Shown: positions 1-12,944, counted from the whole stretch's first letter. The stretch: 63,795 nt of DNA, filler included, from Nemertoderma westbladi (GCA_032718475.1; 5 parts of 5 records of this genome joined end to end with filler, not necessarily neighbours in it); one strand, 5' to 3'. The notes: a model not told the origin generated them from the sequence alone. Translations and numbers: made by a program.

Positions 1-151
1 ATCATGATCCGATAAATAGGTGGACAAAAATAAATTAAACAGTGCCTAAGGTAAAATTAGGCACACTGCGGGGTCGGAATACGTGGAGTTATATTTCTTA
101 ATTAGGTTACCGTTACGTAATGTTCAGTACAATTAAACTGCTTCCACTGGG

Positions 152-315
152 CATTATCGTCGTGTTTGGTTCACCAGATGAACTGATTGAATGTATGCGA
201 TACATTATCATCGTGTTTGTTTGGTTCACCAGATGAACTGATTGAATGTATGCGATACATTATCGTCGTGTTTGGTTCACCAGATGAACTGATTGAATGT
301 ATTCGATACATTATC
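152..315. repeat. Tandem repeat, 3 copies of a ~51-bp unit
   Basis: Unit cattatcgtcgtgtttggttcaccagatgaactgattgaatgtatgcgata starts at 152, 203 and 258 (second unit has a 4-bp insertion); partial fourth unit at 309. Confidence 0.9.
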
Positions 316-454
316 GGAACTCAATAATCACTGCAAATGTTCTTGTATAAAATTATTGTATAAAAGTAATTAGTGTTTGTTTCATACTAACTGCTGCTGT
401 CAACTGACCGATCAATTAATTGTTAATCTTTACAACAATTAAAATTTAAATTAT

Positions 455-1399
455 TCATGTGTTGCTTTTTTCGGCCGTCAATGATTCACTAATGTTCCAC
501 AATCTCTCGGCTACATTTTTATCTCGGGCTGTGGAACTAGTTCTCGCGGGTTTACAGTCCACGAAGTATCTACCAGATAGGGATTCCAAATCGGGGCACA
601 ACGAGCAGTGTAAGGATGTTTGGGCGCCCTGCCGGGGGGTCTTAGAGAATATAGCTGAAACTGTGTCGGCGTTCACAACATACCTAGTCCACAGGTCGAA
701 GAATCGAGATACTGTGGGTATGTGGCGGGTTATACGTGTTACAACGACACCCGGATGTAGGACAAACGCGGAAACATTAGTCCCCTTCAAACGATCGGCA
801 AGCTCCAAAGTAAACAACGCCACGGCTAGTTTACTGCGGGAATACGCCTCCACGGGGGAGTAGCTAGCATCGAGATTAATGTCTTCGAATTGAATGCCGA
901 ACCAGCAAAACCAATGCATCAGTGATGAGACGTTGATAATTCGCCCACTCCCCGGACTGCTTTTCATGAGTTCTAGAAGTAAATTGGTTAGTAGAAAGTG
1001 CCCCAAATAGTTGACTTGAAACTGGTATTCTACGCCATCGACTGTAACCATCTTGGGAGTCGCCATGACACCCGCGTTATTTATAAGAATATCCAGTCTA
1101 TCTTCGTTTTCATTAATATCTTTACTAAACTCCCTTATGGATTCCATTGATGCAAGGTCCAGGTGCTTACATACTACGTTACTGTTACCAGTTGCTTCCA
1201 CTATGTCGTCGACTGCCTCCTTTCCTTTCTCATTGTCTCGGCATCCCAGGATGACCCTCGCCCCTCGGTCAGCCAACCCGCGCGCTGTCTCCCTACCTAC
1301 TCCCGAATTAGCGCCGGTTATTATGACAGTTTTTCCATCAAGGCGCGTTGAACAATGACAAACACCCCCACCGATGTACCTCCACCAAAAATCAAACAT
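455..1399 (-). CDS. Retinol dehydrogenase 11-14-like short-chain dehydrogenase/reductase, intronless, 314 aa
   Basis: TGANSGVG Rossmann motif, NNAG, catalytic YSRSK, LHPGVV and GRYFVDC motifs typical of RDH11/12/13/14. Confidence 0.92.
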   Translation of the reverse strand: MFDFWWRYIGGGVCHCSTRLDGKTVIITGANSGVGRETARGLADRGARVILGCRDNEKGKEAVDDIVEATGNSNVVCKHLDLASMESIREFSKDINENEDRLDILINNAGVMATPKMVTVDGVEYQFQVNYLGHFLLTNLLLELMKSSPGSGRIINVSSLMHWFCWFGIQFEDINLDASYSPVEAYSRSKLAVALFTLELADRLKGTNVSAFVLHPGVVVTRITRHIPTVSRFFDLWTRYVVNADTVSAIFSKTPRQGAQTSLHCSLCPDLESLSGRYFVDCKPARTSSTARDKNVAERLWNISESLTAEKSNT

Positions 1400-1924
1400 T
1401 TTATTTTCCTACTATCTTTATAATTAATTTTATAGGCGATCACCAATAAATAAGTAAATCAAAACTAATAAAGTAAATGCGACAAAAGAGGAAGAGGACG
1501 TATTTATGTTGCCATTTCTGGTTTTAAAAAGCCCCCCCTCCCCTCCCTTATGATTCTGATAGTTGATTCTGATAGTTACACCCTTCCGGTCCAGTTTAGT
1601 CTTTTTAATTAACGGTACCTGTACAGCTGTACTGCAGCTGTACTCCTGCTGGTCGTATAACTTTTATAAGATGTTTTAAATATTTTATTGTCAATGACTA
1701 GGTTACTCTTTTGTCATAATTGTTACAAAATCACATTGAGTTCAGGAGTTTGAGATTGAATGGGAAATCATCATTTATATCACTCATCAATAATTAACCT
1801 GTGCGCTGTGCCATTCTGAAGGACAACCTTCACCGAAGTGTCTATTTCAGTCCTACATAAGCTGCATAGTGGATTAGTGGAGCCTGTCTGCCTGGGGGTT
1901 GTCTTAGGTCAATTTGTTAATGGT
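1400..1924. promoter_or_regulatory. Probable bidirectional promoter between head-to-head RDH-like and WDR74 genes
   Basis: Start codons diverge ~525 bp apart; inferred from geometry only. Confidence 0.4.
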
Positions 1925-3088
1925 ATGTCGACAACCAAAGGGGTTTGTAATATTTGGGTTGGTGCAGAGAATGGATACATAAAGGGAATCGATTTCAATA
2001 AAAAGTCTGTTTATAACATTACGGGAACAAATCCAATCAACGCCAAAGATAAAACAAATAGTGTAGTAAATTTGTTATGGAGAGACGATTCTAGGACTGA
2101 GTTGTTAGGGTGTCTGCGGCGAGGCGGAATTGTAGAAGAATTCAGTACGAAAACTGAGAAGTCAGTTAGTTTGTTCAACCGAGGTAAGCTCGGGGTTGAA
2201 CTAGGATGTGCTAAGGTGTTGCAGTGGTATAAGGACTCGCCGTTGGTGGCCTTCCAAAACGGGTGCGTAAACCTGTTAGCCAATGGGAAGAAACCGTCGT
2301 CTAAGACGTTAATAAACGCGGGTCCGAATCTGAAGGCCTTTAAGTTGGATCCGTTTAATGCCAGTCGCGCGGCGACTGGAGGCGCGGAGAACGATTTACG
2401 ACTGTGGGATTTATCGGAAGAACCGGCTGCGACGGTGTTTCGTGCGAAGAGCCCAAGCCATACCGAGTTGGATCTGCGACGCCCGGTCGACGTAACTGAC
2501 ATCGGGTTCCTACCCGACTGCGGGGGGCGCGTGGTGGTCTGCACCGCGCACCACGAGGTCCGGGTGTACGACCCGTCGGACTCGAGTCGTCGTCGTCGTC
2601 CCGTAATCGACGTATCCCCCGAGGAGCAGCCGTTCTCCGCGTTGGTCGTGGCCCCCGACGGGAACGCGGTCTACGTCGCCGGCGTGCGGGGCCGTCTGCT
2701 CCAGCTGGACATCCGGGCAGGGTGTCGCGTGTCCGCTGGCTTCCGCGGTTGCGACGGGGCCGTGCGAGCTGTCGCCGTCCACCCGAGCGGACAGTACGTC
2801 GCCGCTTGCGGGTTGGATCGCTTCCTTTACGTCTACAACGTCGTCACTAAGGAATTAGTTTACAGGATATACTTAAAGACTGAGTTAAATAGCTTGTTGT
2901 TTAGTGATGTTGCTATGGATACAACGGGTGAGGAAGACGTTGATGAGGTGGAAGATAAGGAAAGTAGTTCGGATGAATCGGATAACGAGTTGTGGGACAA
3001 TCTGGAAGTGGCTGATGACGTAACCAGCTGCAATAAAAGGAAAACGACCAAAGGAAAATCTCGAGCTGAGAAGAAATTAAAACCTTGA
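1925..3088 (+). CDS. WDR74: WD repeat protein 74 (Nsa1, ribosome biogenesis), intronless; likely ATG at 1925 rather than the ORF-track start at 1838
   Basis: N-terminal VWVGAENG-like motif (IWVGAENGYIKG), ATGGAENDLRLWDL, LDLRRPV, RRRPV, ACGLDRFL, IYLKT; acidic then basic tail. Confidence 0.88.
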   Translation: MSTTKGVCNIWVGAENGYIKGIDFNKKSVYNITGTNPINAKDKTNSVVNLLWRDDSRTELLGCLRRGGIVEEFSTKTEKSVSLFNRGKLGVELGCAKVLQWYKDSPLVAFQNGCVNLLANGKKPSSKTLINAGPNLKAFKLDPFNASRAATGGAENDLRLWDLSEEPAATVFRAKSPSHTELDLRRPVDVTDIGFLPDCGGRVVVCTAHHEVRVYDPSDSSRRRRPVIDVSPEEQPFSALVVAPDGNAVYVAGVRGRLLQLDIRAGCRVSAGFRGCDGAVRAVAVHPSGQYVAACGLDRFLYVYNVVTKELVYRIYLKTELNSLLFSDVAMDTTGEEDVDEVEDKESSSDESDNELWDNLEVADDVTSCNKRKTTKGKSRAEKKLKP

Positions 3089-3389
3089 GTTAATGCATGT
3101 ATTCATATGTTAGATTTATAACGAGTAACACAGTGGATGGGTCACCTTTATTTTAGTTGCCATTACTTCCATACGTTTTAGTAAATATACCATCGATTTA
3201 ATAACAGCAATGCAATCCTAATGGCGTTATTATTAATTACGTTCATTTATCAAAAGGTTCATGAGTCGGTTACAACAAGGAATACATTTTATTCCTTATA
3301 ATTTCCTTTGCGGTTCATTGAAATCGATTTTTCATTGATAATATTGGCGCAACCCGCAACATTTACCCCAAATTTCCTATATAAATTAG

Positions 3390-4356
3390 TAGAGTTGTTT
3401 TTCTTAATCCCGGTGAACCAGAGACCTACCCGGAGAATTATTTTGAAAAATACCAAAGACCAGAGCCAGAGATCAGAGACTTTGCTTATTTCTGTACTTA
3501 CAATTTGATTACTCCCCTATAGCACAAACAGGTACATACGGCCTTAGAACTATTTTTCTATGGTTCAATTACAGTAAAGTAAATCCAACCCATTTCAACC
3601 CTTACCCATTGCGGCCATTGTAAGAAAATAAGCTCTCGTACAGTTTGGGGGGCTTAATTAATATTAATTTGGTTATTTGTTTATTAATTAATTCGTTCTT
3701 ATTTTGTTATTATTAATCATATGTAACATAATTTTGTTTTGCGCCATAGGTACCGGTACTTTGACACTTTGTTAATTAAAGGCAATTATTTTACAATTGT
3801 TCAAATCATATACATTTCAATATACTAAACTTAGTCATTTACGAATACTTAGTGCACAGGTATAGTACTCTACTAGCCCCATTTACAAGCCTCGTTACGC
3901 TCGTTCTCTCCATTTGGTCGTCATATATCTATCCTATAACAAATTGAAAGGAGAACAGCCCTTTCTTTCACTTTTAAACATTATGAGTGCTCAAATTAAC
4001 CTTATCCTTAAGAACGACCTTTAGGTGCTAATTTAACTTAAAATTAAACGCACCTTAAATTAATTAAATAGAAGATTATCGGTACATTTATTAGAAATAG
4101 AAATAGTGTAAAAGTGAATAATGTAAAATAGTTAAAAATTAAAGAAATAATTGTAAAAAATTTGTGAAAAATTATCTTCATTTCACATTTTGTGTTGTAC
4201 AGGATCTATTTTTAAATATCTTTTTCTAATTTGTCAAATCACTGATCTCTGGGTAAAATGTCTGTTTTAAATCCCCGGGAACCAGAGACCTATCCGGAGA
4301 CCAAAAAACCGTCCGGAGAATCCAGAGATCAGTGACAAGTCTCTGTTTCAACTCTA
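3390..4356. mobile_element. Non-autonomous hAT-type DNA transposon
   Basis: Termini TAGAGTTG...CAACTCTA, perfect 8-bp TSD taaattag (3382-3389 and 4357-4364), subterminal ccggaga/ccagaga repeats at both ends. Confidence 0.85.
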
Positions 4357-5981
4357 TAAATTAGTTACCGGTCCGGTAGTTTGAACTTATAAATCAAAAG
4401 TAGATCTCGTAAAGAAAACAACATCTTTTACAGAAAGAAAGTTCCTTTTTTGTCCGCTTTGTAATTCGCATTTCCTCGAAATACTAAAAGCATTTTTCCA
4501 CGGCCTCTAAAAAAATGTGCTTAAGAAATACTGTGTGATTATTATTTAGGGAGTTTATATTTTTCCTAACCACGCCGCGCACCCATTAGCAATGAACAAG
4601 CATGATGCTAGTTCATTGATCTTGTATAAATGATGGAAGGTGTAATCGTATCTGTAATTATAAAGTAAATTCCCAGCGTATCCCGCACCACCTTCCTTCG
4701 CTGTAAAATAATAAAATGAAAATATAAAGTCATCCACCATCAGTACAATTTCAATAATTATTTAGCATTTAGCAGTAATTTCGCACATTGTTCTTAAACA
4801 TTGATTAGTTTACTGAAGAGAGTAATAACTATAGCCACTTACATATCGACCTACTGCACGGACATTCACGAACAGCATATTATTTATATGGTAGTCCCAG
4901 TCATTTATCGCCCTACTAAAAATTAATAATTTTTCACTAAATTTTAACATGAAAATTACTAAAATATTCAAATATTAAGTATCACTAAAATATATTACTT
5001 ATCACTAAATAAGGGAAAGGAGCACGCTACAGTGGCACGTTATTCTAACCAAAACTATTAACGAAATTCAATAGAACAGGTTAGTTTTATTTTTGGTGAT
5101 AAAAATATATTTTAGTGACAAAACTTAGGTGAAAGAACCAATTATTTTAGGTACTATTATTATTTACTATTATTTTAACTACTAATTTAATAACTATTTA
5201 CATAGGCACTAATAAGCACAGTAGCAATGTAGTTTATGTTATTTTCATTGTACAAAAAAACTTTTTGACAGACATTTTGAAGGAGATCCCTCCCTACTCG
5301 TCGCTGTATCTATCTATCTACGACTTGTAATGCACCTTGTGGCAATTAAAGATTATATTATTTTAACTAATCAATTGCCCCTATAAAATGAATGCGCCAC
5401 ACACAGGCTGCTTTAAATTAATTTTTTTAAAACCCTCTTTATGATAAACACATAGTTGGTTTTTGCGATCTCTTTTTACTGGGATTCCCAGCCAGGCCAG
5501 ACAAGTGCAAGTACAAGTACAAACTCATTATTAGCTTCATGTATGTACGTTAGTTGTTTATCGAACCCCCTATCTTGGTAAATCAAAAAAAATTTAAATT
5601 CCGGAAATCCTCGAATGTTTTCTATTAAATTAAAATCAGCATGACAGAGGACATGGAGATTGGATATTAAACCCCAAGTAGAGGTCACAGCACAATAATC
5701 ATATGAGTCAATCTGTAACTAATTACTGCAACTATATTATATATAAAGTAATATCAAACACATAAATAACCAATATTCAGATATTGGGAACTTGAAGTGA
5801 TTCGCAAACTAGAAAATAACAATTTAAAATTGCAATGATATAAATTCCTAATCTAAACACTAAACCAAAGTCCGTAACGTTATTTGTTCTACGATAGTTT
5901 GTTATCGAGGGAGGCTTACTGTAATACTGTACTGTATACAAACGAACATGATCTGTGGAGTTTTCAGTTGCTAATGAGTTA

Positions 5982-6692
5982 TTAGTTGACCTTATTGAAG
6001 TATTCCTTGGAGGTCTGCACACCGGGTTTAATTGTATCAGATCCTGGTTGCCAGTTAGCCGGACAAACTTCCCCGTGTTTCTCATTGTATTGGAAGGCCT
6101 TTACTAGTCGGAGGGTCTCGTCCACCGACCGGCCCACCCCGAGATCGTTGATACTCAGATGTTTGAGAGTTCCCTTACCATCGACGATAAACAGACCCCG
6201 GAGCGCGATGCCAGCGCTCTCAATGAGCACGCCGTAGTTCTTACTGATGTTGTGGTTGGAGTCAGCGAGAAGAGGGATCTTCATCTCGCCTAGTCCGCCC
6301 TCTTTTCGCGGGGAATTTACCCAGGCTAAGTGGCTGAAGCGCGAATCCGTGGAACAGGCGACGACCTCGCAACCAATAGATCGGAACTCTTCGACGCGAT
6401 CGCTGAACGATATGATCTCGGTCGGGCAGACGAACGTGAAATCCATTGGGTAGAAAAACAGCACGAGGTATTTACCTTTGTAGTCGTCTAACTGGATCTG
6501 TTTGAAGTCCCGGTTGACGACCGCCTGACCGACAAACGCTGGTGCCGGTAGTTGTACTCGCGCTGCCGGTACAGGCGCTACATGGTGGCACAGACGGACT
6601 TTCGTGCCGACTTTAGCGATGAGGTCTGTCGACGCTGCCTTCATTTGGGGTGCGAGTTTACGAATAGATAGTCGTGCGAACGGTAATGCCAT
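5982..6692 (-). CDS. PRDX3: Typical 2-Cys peroxiredoxin, mitochondrial type, intronless, 236 aa
   Basis: [15 protein letters not shown] and GEVCPANW motifs; basic N-terminal extension resembling a transit peptide. Confidence 0.9.
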   Translation of the reverse strand: MALPFARLSIRKLAPQMKAASTDLIAKVGTKVRLCHHVAPVPAARVQLPAPAFVGQAVVNRDFKQIQLDDYKGKYLVLFFYPMDFTFVCPTEIISFSDRVEEFRSIGCEVVACSTDSRFSHLAWVNSPRKEGGLGEMKIPLLADSNHNISKNYGVLIESAGIALRGLFIVDGKGTLKHLSINDLGVGRSVDETLRLVKAFQYNEKHGEVCPANWQPGSDTIKPGVQTSKEYFNKVN

Positions 6693-7285
6693 TTTATCTC
6701 CCTGATTAGTTTGTTGTTATTTTTTTTAATAGATAATCCAGTACAGCAGTAATCTGATAATTACAACTCCCACAGTATGCAGTATAATAGGCCTATAATG
6801 CTGTAATGAGCACAAAATTACACAGTACAGCAGTACCGGTAGGTAACAACAGGGTAGTCAGTAAATCTGTTTGTAACCCCTTAGTTGCTGTTGAACTTGT
6901 AATGCAGTAGAAGGGCACGCAGAATAACCTAAATGAGGAGTAAACGCAGTAAAGTCTATAAATAAAACTAAAGCTAACTCTTGCGAATATTTAATTAATT
7001 AATTCTACTACTTATAATAACCGGGTGTACTAACAAACCGATTTCTTTGTTGTTGGGAATTCATAATGCTATACTTAGCATACAAACAAATACTGTCCAA
7101 TAATTTTTTGAAACACTCCCACAAGGGGGCCAATGAAATTCCTTCTAGGCTAGGAGAGTGCGATTGAAAACAGGATGTAGGCCTAGCAAGTAATAGTGTT
7201 ATGTTATGTAATCAGAGCTTCCCTATATGACGTGTTACACTGTTTATTTAATCTCAGCTATTAATTCTATTTTTTTCTACTTCAG

Positions 7286-7592
7286 GGTTTTCCCGCGGAG
7301 TTCGCTATGTACCTTAACTACTGCCGGGGTATGCGATTCGAGGAGCCTCCCGATTACATGTACCTCCGTCAACTGTTTCGAATCCTGTTCCGTACTCTCA
7401 ACCACCAGTACGACTACACCTTCGATTGGACAATGCTGAAACAGAAAGCCGCGGCGCAGGCTTCCTCGGGCGTGGTGGCGCCGCAAACAGCCGGCGCTAC
7501 TGGGATGGCCACACCGGTGTCGGGGCGGGCAGCCCTGGATAAACAGCTGCTGCCCGGAGCGGAGGTCAAGTCTAAAAGTAAAGGAAGTAAAG
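7286..7592 (+). CDS. CSNK1A1: Casein kinase I alpha, penultimate coding exon (upstream exons not in window)
   Basis: Acceptor ttttttctacttcag| then [55 protein letters not shown], near-identical to the CK1alpha C-lobe end; donor AAAG|gttaga at 7592/7593. Confidence 0.92.
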
Positions 7593-7607
7593 GTTAGATG
7601 GAGGGGC

Positions 7608-8839
7608 GTAAAGGTTAGATCGATGGGTGTGGTAAAGGTTAGATCGATGGGTGTGGTAAAGGTTAGATCGATGGGTGTGGTAAAGGTTAGATCGATGGGT
7701 GTGGTAAAGGTTAGATCGAGGGGTGTGGTAAAGATTAGATCGATGGGTTTGGTAAAGGTTAGATCGATGGGTGTGGTAAAGGTTAGATCGATGGGTGTGG
7801 TAAAGATTAGATCGATGGGTGTGGTAAAGGTTAGAACGATGGGTGTGGTAAAGGTTAGAACGATGGGTGTGGTAAAGGTTAGATCGATGGGTGTGATAAA
7901 GATTAGATCGATGGGTGTGGTAAAGATTAGATCGATGGGTTTGGTAAAGGTTAGATCGATGGGTGTGGTAAAGATTAGATCGATGGGTGTGGTAAAGGTT
8001 AGAACGATGGGTGTGGTAAAGGTTAGATCGATGGGTGTGGTAAAGGTTAGAACGATGGGTGTTGTAAAGGTTAGATCGATGGGTGTGGTAAAGGTTAGAT
8101 CGAGGGGTGTGGTAAAGATTAGATCGATGGGTTTGGTAAAGGTTAGATCGATGGGTGTGGTAAAGATTAGATCGATGGGTGTGGTAAAGGTTAGATCGAT
8201 GGGTGTGGTAAAGGTTAGATCGATGGGTGTGGTAAAGGTTAGATCGATGGGTGTGGTAAAGATTAGATCGATGTGTGTGGTAAAGGTTAGATCGAGGGGT
8301 GTGGTAAAGGTTAGATCGATGGGTGTGGTAAAGATTAGATCGATGTGTGTGGTAAAGGTTAGATCGATGGGTGTGGTAAAGGTTAGATCGATGGGTGTGG
8401 TAAAGGTTAGATCGATGGGTTTGGTAAAGGTTAGATCGATGGGTGTGGTAAAGATTAGATCGATGGGTGTGGTAAAGGTTAGATCGTGGGGTGTGGGTGG
8501 TAAAGGTTAGATCGATGGGTGTGGTAAAGGTTAGATCGATGGGTGTGGTAAAGGTTAGATCGATGGGTGTGGTAAAGGTTAGATCGAGGGGTGTGGTAAA
8601 GGTTAGATCGATGGGTGTGGTAAAGGTTAGATCGATGGGTGTGGTAAAGGTTAGATCGATGGGTTTGGTAAAGGTTACATCGATGGGTGTGGTAAAGGTT
8701 AGATCGATGGGTGTGGTAAAGGTTAGATCGATGTGTGTGGTAAAGGTTAGATCGAGGGGTGTGGTAAAGGTTAGATCGATGGGTGTGGTAAAGGTTAGAT
8801 CCATGGGTGTGGTAAAGGTTAGATCGATGGGTGTGGTAA
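7608..8839. repeat. 24-bp minisatellite (atgggtgtggtaaaggttagatcg), about 51 copies, in the last CK1alpha intron
   Basis: Directly visible; explains the MGVVKVRS, HTHRSNLY and DLTFTTPI ORFs. Confidence 0.97.
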
Positions 8840-8900
8840 GGGAAATTGAATAAAGTGTATCGGTACATTTATTTATAGCCGATTTATGTTTGATTTTCAG

Positions 8901-8908
8901 GTCGGTGA
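8901..8908 (+). CDS. CSNK1A1: Probable terminal CK1alpha micro-coding exon (completes ...KG-R-stop), followed by an AT-rich 3' UTR
   Basis: Acceptor tgattttcag|gt cgg tga in phase with the donor at 7592; vertebrate CK1alpha ends analogously in ...KG-F-stop; aataaa shortly downstream. Confidence 0.65.
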
Positions 8909-11900
8909 ATTGATCGGTTTGTTAATAAAGAACTTTAATAAAAACCACAACTAACTGTCCACGAAAATCATAACAACGGGTAAACCGTGATATTATAATG
9001 ACCCAATCCCGGGCTACTATCCACTCTCTTGTATGTAAATGGTCTCCAATCATGTAAAATAATTTTGTTATTCGCTTATAATAAGAAAATACATTTCGTA
9101 TCCGTATCGTGTATTTGTTTTATTTGGTTTATTTCTTACACAATTCAATCCCAATTTAATGTAGTCAGTAATTCCAAGAGTCTGATGAAATATCAAACAA
9201 ATACTTAATTTTTGGTTTAGTTTTTGATCAACAACGGTGCGATTTTGTTATCAACCCAAACATTGTTTGTACTGTTTATATTATTATTTCGTAAACGTTG
9301 TATGCGCGTGGTTCTGTGTATTAATTATTGTGCGGCTTATATTGAGTAGTATAGGCCTAGTGTTGTACGTATGCGTAGCAACAGTGTAGATTAATTCTGT
9401 TTTTATATACTATGTATAAAAATATATATAATTAATAATTTAACGTATATCTATATAAGTAAATAATGTGATATCTTAATTCTGGTGCATCGGTGAATAG
9501 TACATATATTTACGAGTTACACGATGTCAAACTACCAAATTGTTACAGATTTTAAGGCATTTATTATCAGTCACTTAATAATATAATCTTTTCCATAAAT
9601 TCGTACACCTCCACTTTGAGAATTGTTTTCTTTACAAGTGCCGCTTTATATTACAACCAAACGGTCTTCCGAAACTTTTATTTTTAGTTAATTTCAGGTA
9701 ATCAGATTTTTCTGCTACTAAATTATCTAGTAACTCGTTGATTTTGTAATATCGGATATAATAATACACACTTCGGCAAATCAGAAAATCCACCATGTGA
9801 GGTGCCTATATATTATTATATACATCAGTTTGGAGTAGTTTTTTTGTATCCTGTAATTTCGTTCAATAATGCACAAACTCATGAGTGATAGTCACAGAGA
9901 TACCTGTACTCGGTGCTCTAATGAATTATACTGGTACCTGATTGTAACAGTGTTGCATCTATATGACCCCAATTTATCTGTTATTGTATTACGAATAATG
10001 TAACTTACGTTCCTGTTTTTGTATAATGTTAATTGTCATCGTAATCAATGGTCATACTAAATGAATAATATACATTATTGTTTTGATTGTAATTTTTTTA
10101 TTTTTAACGTATAACTGATATAATTAGTTGTTATATTGTATTGTCAGATTTATGTCATATCTATTTAACAATGTACCTACCTAATCAGATATAATTACGT
10201 TCACAGCCTTGTTTATTCAGTAATTATTAGATGTCAATGATATGGAAATATCGGAACTGTATATTTTAAATTGTTACATAAAACGAGTATTCGTTATCCT
10301 TTATTATCTATTTGTATATAAATTATACCTGTTTCAATGAATTATCTTTACTCAGTCTACACGTCTTTGTTCAACTACGTCATATCAGAACTACGTATTT
10401 ATGCTTTTTGAAATATACGCACTGCAATGCAAAGTTCGTTTTATAAATAATAATAAGCAAAATAACTAATTATTGTTGCTTTCGATATTATTGCTCCATT
10501 GTTTTGTTTAATTCTTTCTTTGCTGCCATGCTGATGAAGTGTGCTAGTTTTAATTATTGTAAAATTGGCATAATGTTATTGGTTAAAACAGTGCGATCTG
10601 CCAGTTATTGCGCTACTGACGCTGTAACAATCCTGACTAACCAGCAACTTAATTTTTATTCTTAATCATTTGTAGCCAAATATTAATATTTGATGCCAAT
10701 AATTAATTCGAAATTCCTCTGCTAAATTCATTGTTCTAATCGTGTTACTTTTTTGTGTATTCCATTCTAAGTATTTCGTTGTATTTTAATTATGCTAAAC
10801 TCAATACTGAAAATATATTTAGTGATTTACAGTGGGGTGGGGATACCCATGTTCGTTGGTCTATTTTATTTTCAACACTTTGAAATTTAAATATGAATTA
10901 CTAAATTTAGTTTAAGATTACTGATTACTGGTACACGACTAAGTATTGGTACTAGAATGTCTTGGATCATGATTTAGAGGAATGTTTATCGCCTGTGCCA
11001 CAGAGGCAGTTCAACTTGCCCAAATAACGCCTTTCCTTCCGATACGTTTATGGAGTGGGAATCCGTAATATTTGCAGTACGTTGCCGAGCAACTTAATTG
11101 TTTTATCTTTTATTGCCATCACTGTAGATGATAACGTAATTGTCTATTAAACCATTATTATCAGTCATTTTAATATTTTGTTAGCTGAAATTCAAGGAAC
11201 TATGAATTTGTTAGTCAATCATTGTTCATAAAATCTTAACATTATTTAGTGTGATTACAATTTATTATACACTTACCTGGCATCGTGGGAAGTTAAAGTT
11301 TAAGTTCTAAATTACGAGTATCAAAGATGGGTACGTAAAATGGGATTCAGGGTGGTGTACTCAGGATCGTAGTCCAGGATCTGGTGTGATTAACGTAGTT
11401 AGTAAATAATTCATTTTATATTGCGATTTGTTTTGCTTTATTATTGCTTATTTTGTCTGTAAAACTGTACTGAATATTGTTCTTTAAAGTTGCTGTAAGC
11501 TGAATAATTAGACTGTGGTAGTTATTACCTGTCCATAACATCATGATACACGTCTGTTAAAGTTTATTTAAATATGAGGACGCTGATGCAAGTTATGATC
11601 ACATATATTGATTATCATTAGATATTACTTGCACACGTAATAACCGTGCATCCAATAGGCCGCTTATATCAGCGTCATGTGCCGCTTGTAGCAGACCAGT
11701 TCAGATCAGAAAGTTATGATGCCCCGGCTAATATCTCCCATATTTAACTGCATCTGTTTTGTATGCCATATTTGTCAATAATTGACCGGCATTGTCTGTG
11801 TGTTTTTTATTGCAACAAATTGTAATATTTTTGGTGCATAATTGTAATTGACCGGTGTCAAACATCAAAAGTATTTTTTACATTTTTCTCTACCTTATAC

Positions 11901-12944
11901 GAAATACGCTGTACATGTTTGCATGTGTTATTTTTGTGTTATTATATATTATTATTATTTAATCAAATATATTATTATACTTTATTGTAAGACGTGAAAT
12001 AATTCCTTATTTTTTATTTTGATTCTTATTCTTAGGCCTACTTGTCAATGATTGTAACAAAAGACCGAGAATTACGTATTGAGAACTCCGCATTACAACC
12101 GGACAACTGTTACTTAAAAGTAGCAATGCAATGCCACAGTCAGTAGTCAACGGAAAATTAAATTAGTTTAGATTTTTTAATGTGAAAAAGAATCGGAATT
12201 TTTCTAGATTTGGTTGGTTCTAGATTGGTTATGATTTTGGCCTTTCCTCCAACATTCTCGACAACGCCAAGTTCTGTTGCTATTTATTGACCAAAGATCA
12301 GATCGAAATGTGTCGAGATCGTATCATATTGGTTCAGAATCTTCGAGAGCTATCCTCTGTTGTTTAGCTACTCGCGGGCAGTCCCTTCATTAGTATTTTA
12401 GCCTCAACTAGAGTAGGACAAAAATCATACGTGCATTTAATATTTCTCGATGTACGGAGTCTGTGATTAGATCTAAGAACTAACAATGAATATTTTCAAT
12501 GTAATATAGACCTACAACTAACTGTGTGTATACTAAATCCAAAAATATCAACAAACTTTGACATTCTAACCTACACTAATAGCTATCACAAATTGTATTG
12601 GTTAATTGTTCTAACACACAATAAATACTTATAAATTTAAGTCTAGACTGTCTGTTTCGCCACTTATAACAACGAGTATTGGGGCTTTCCGCCCTGGTAA
12701 TAGCGACCCAGTAGCTGATGGCGTCATTGTTGGTGATTTGTTGGGTTTCCGGGATATTATAGCCCCTCTCGTCTCTGATTGGCTCTCCGCATGGAGTTCA
12801 TTATCATGTCTAAAATTAATAAAACCAGCCCTATTACCATTAGCTCTGTAAGTAGAAAAACGCAAAATGTGTGAAAGGAAACTCCCATATCTTGCTATGG
12901 AGTTGTAATGGTAATATTTTTTTAGTTTTATGAAATTTAACATC

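Noticed and set aside
152-315. Possible CRISPR or ncRNA array
   Set aside because: Simple head-to-tail tandem copies with no spacers
1838-1924. N-terminal extension of WDR74 from a GTG start
   Set aside because: Eukaryotic gene; homology starts just after the ATG at 1925
7572-8868. ORFs of MGVVKVRS / HTHRSNLY / DLTFTTPI repeats
   Set aside because: By-products of a 24-bp minisatellite that lacks stops in several frames
9182-10545. CTGATGA words as hammerhead ribozyme cores
   Set aside because: No flanking stems or appropriately placed GAAA
12629-12943. 104-aa minus-strand ORF next to the gap as a continuation of the 653-aa ORF
   Set aside because: Separated by an artificial linker; no recognisable homology (a terminal exon from an acceptor near 12810 cannot be excluded)
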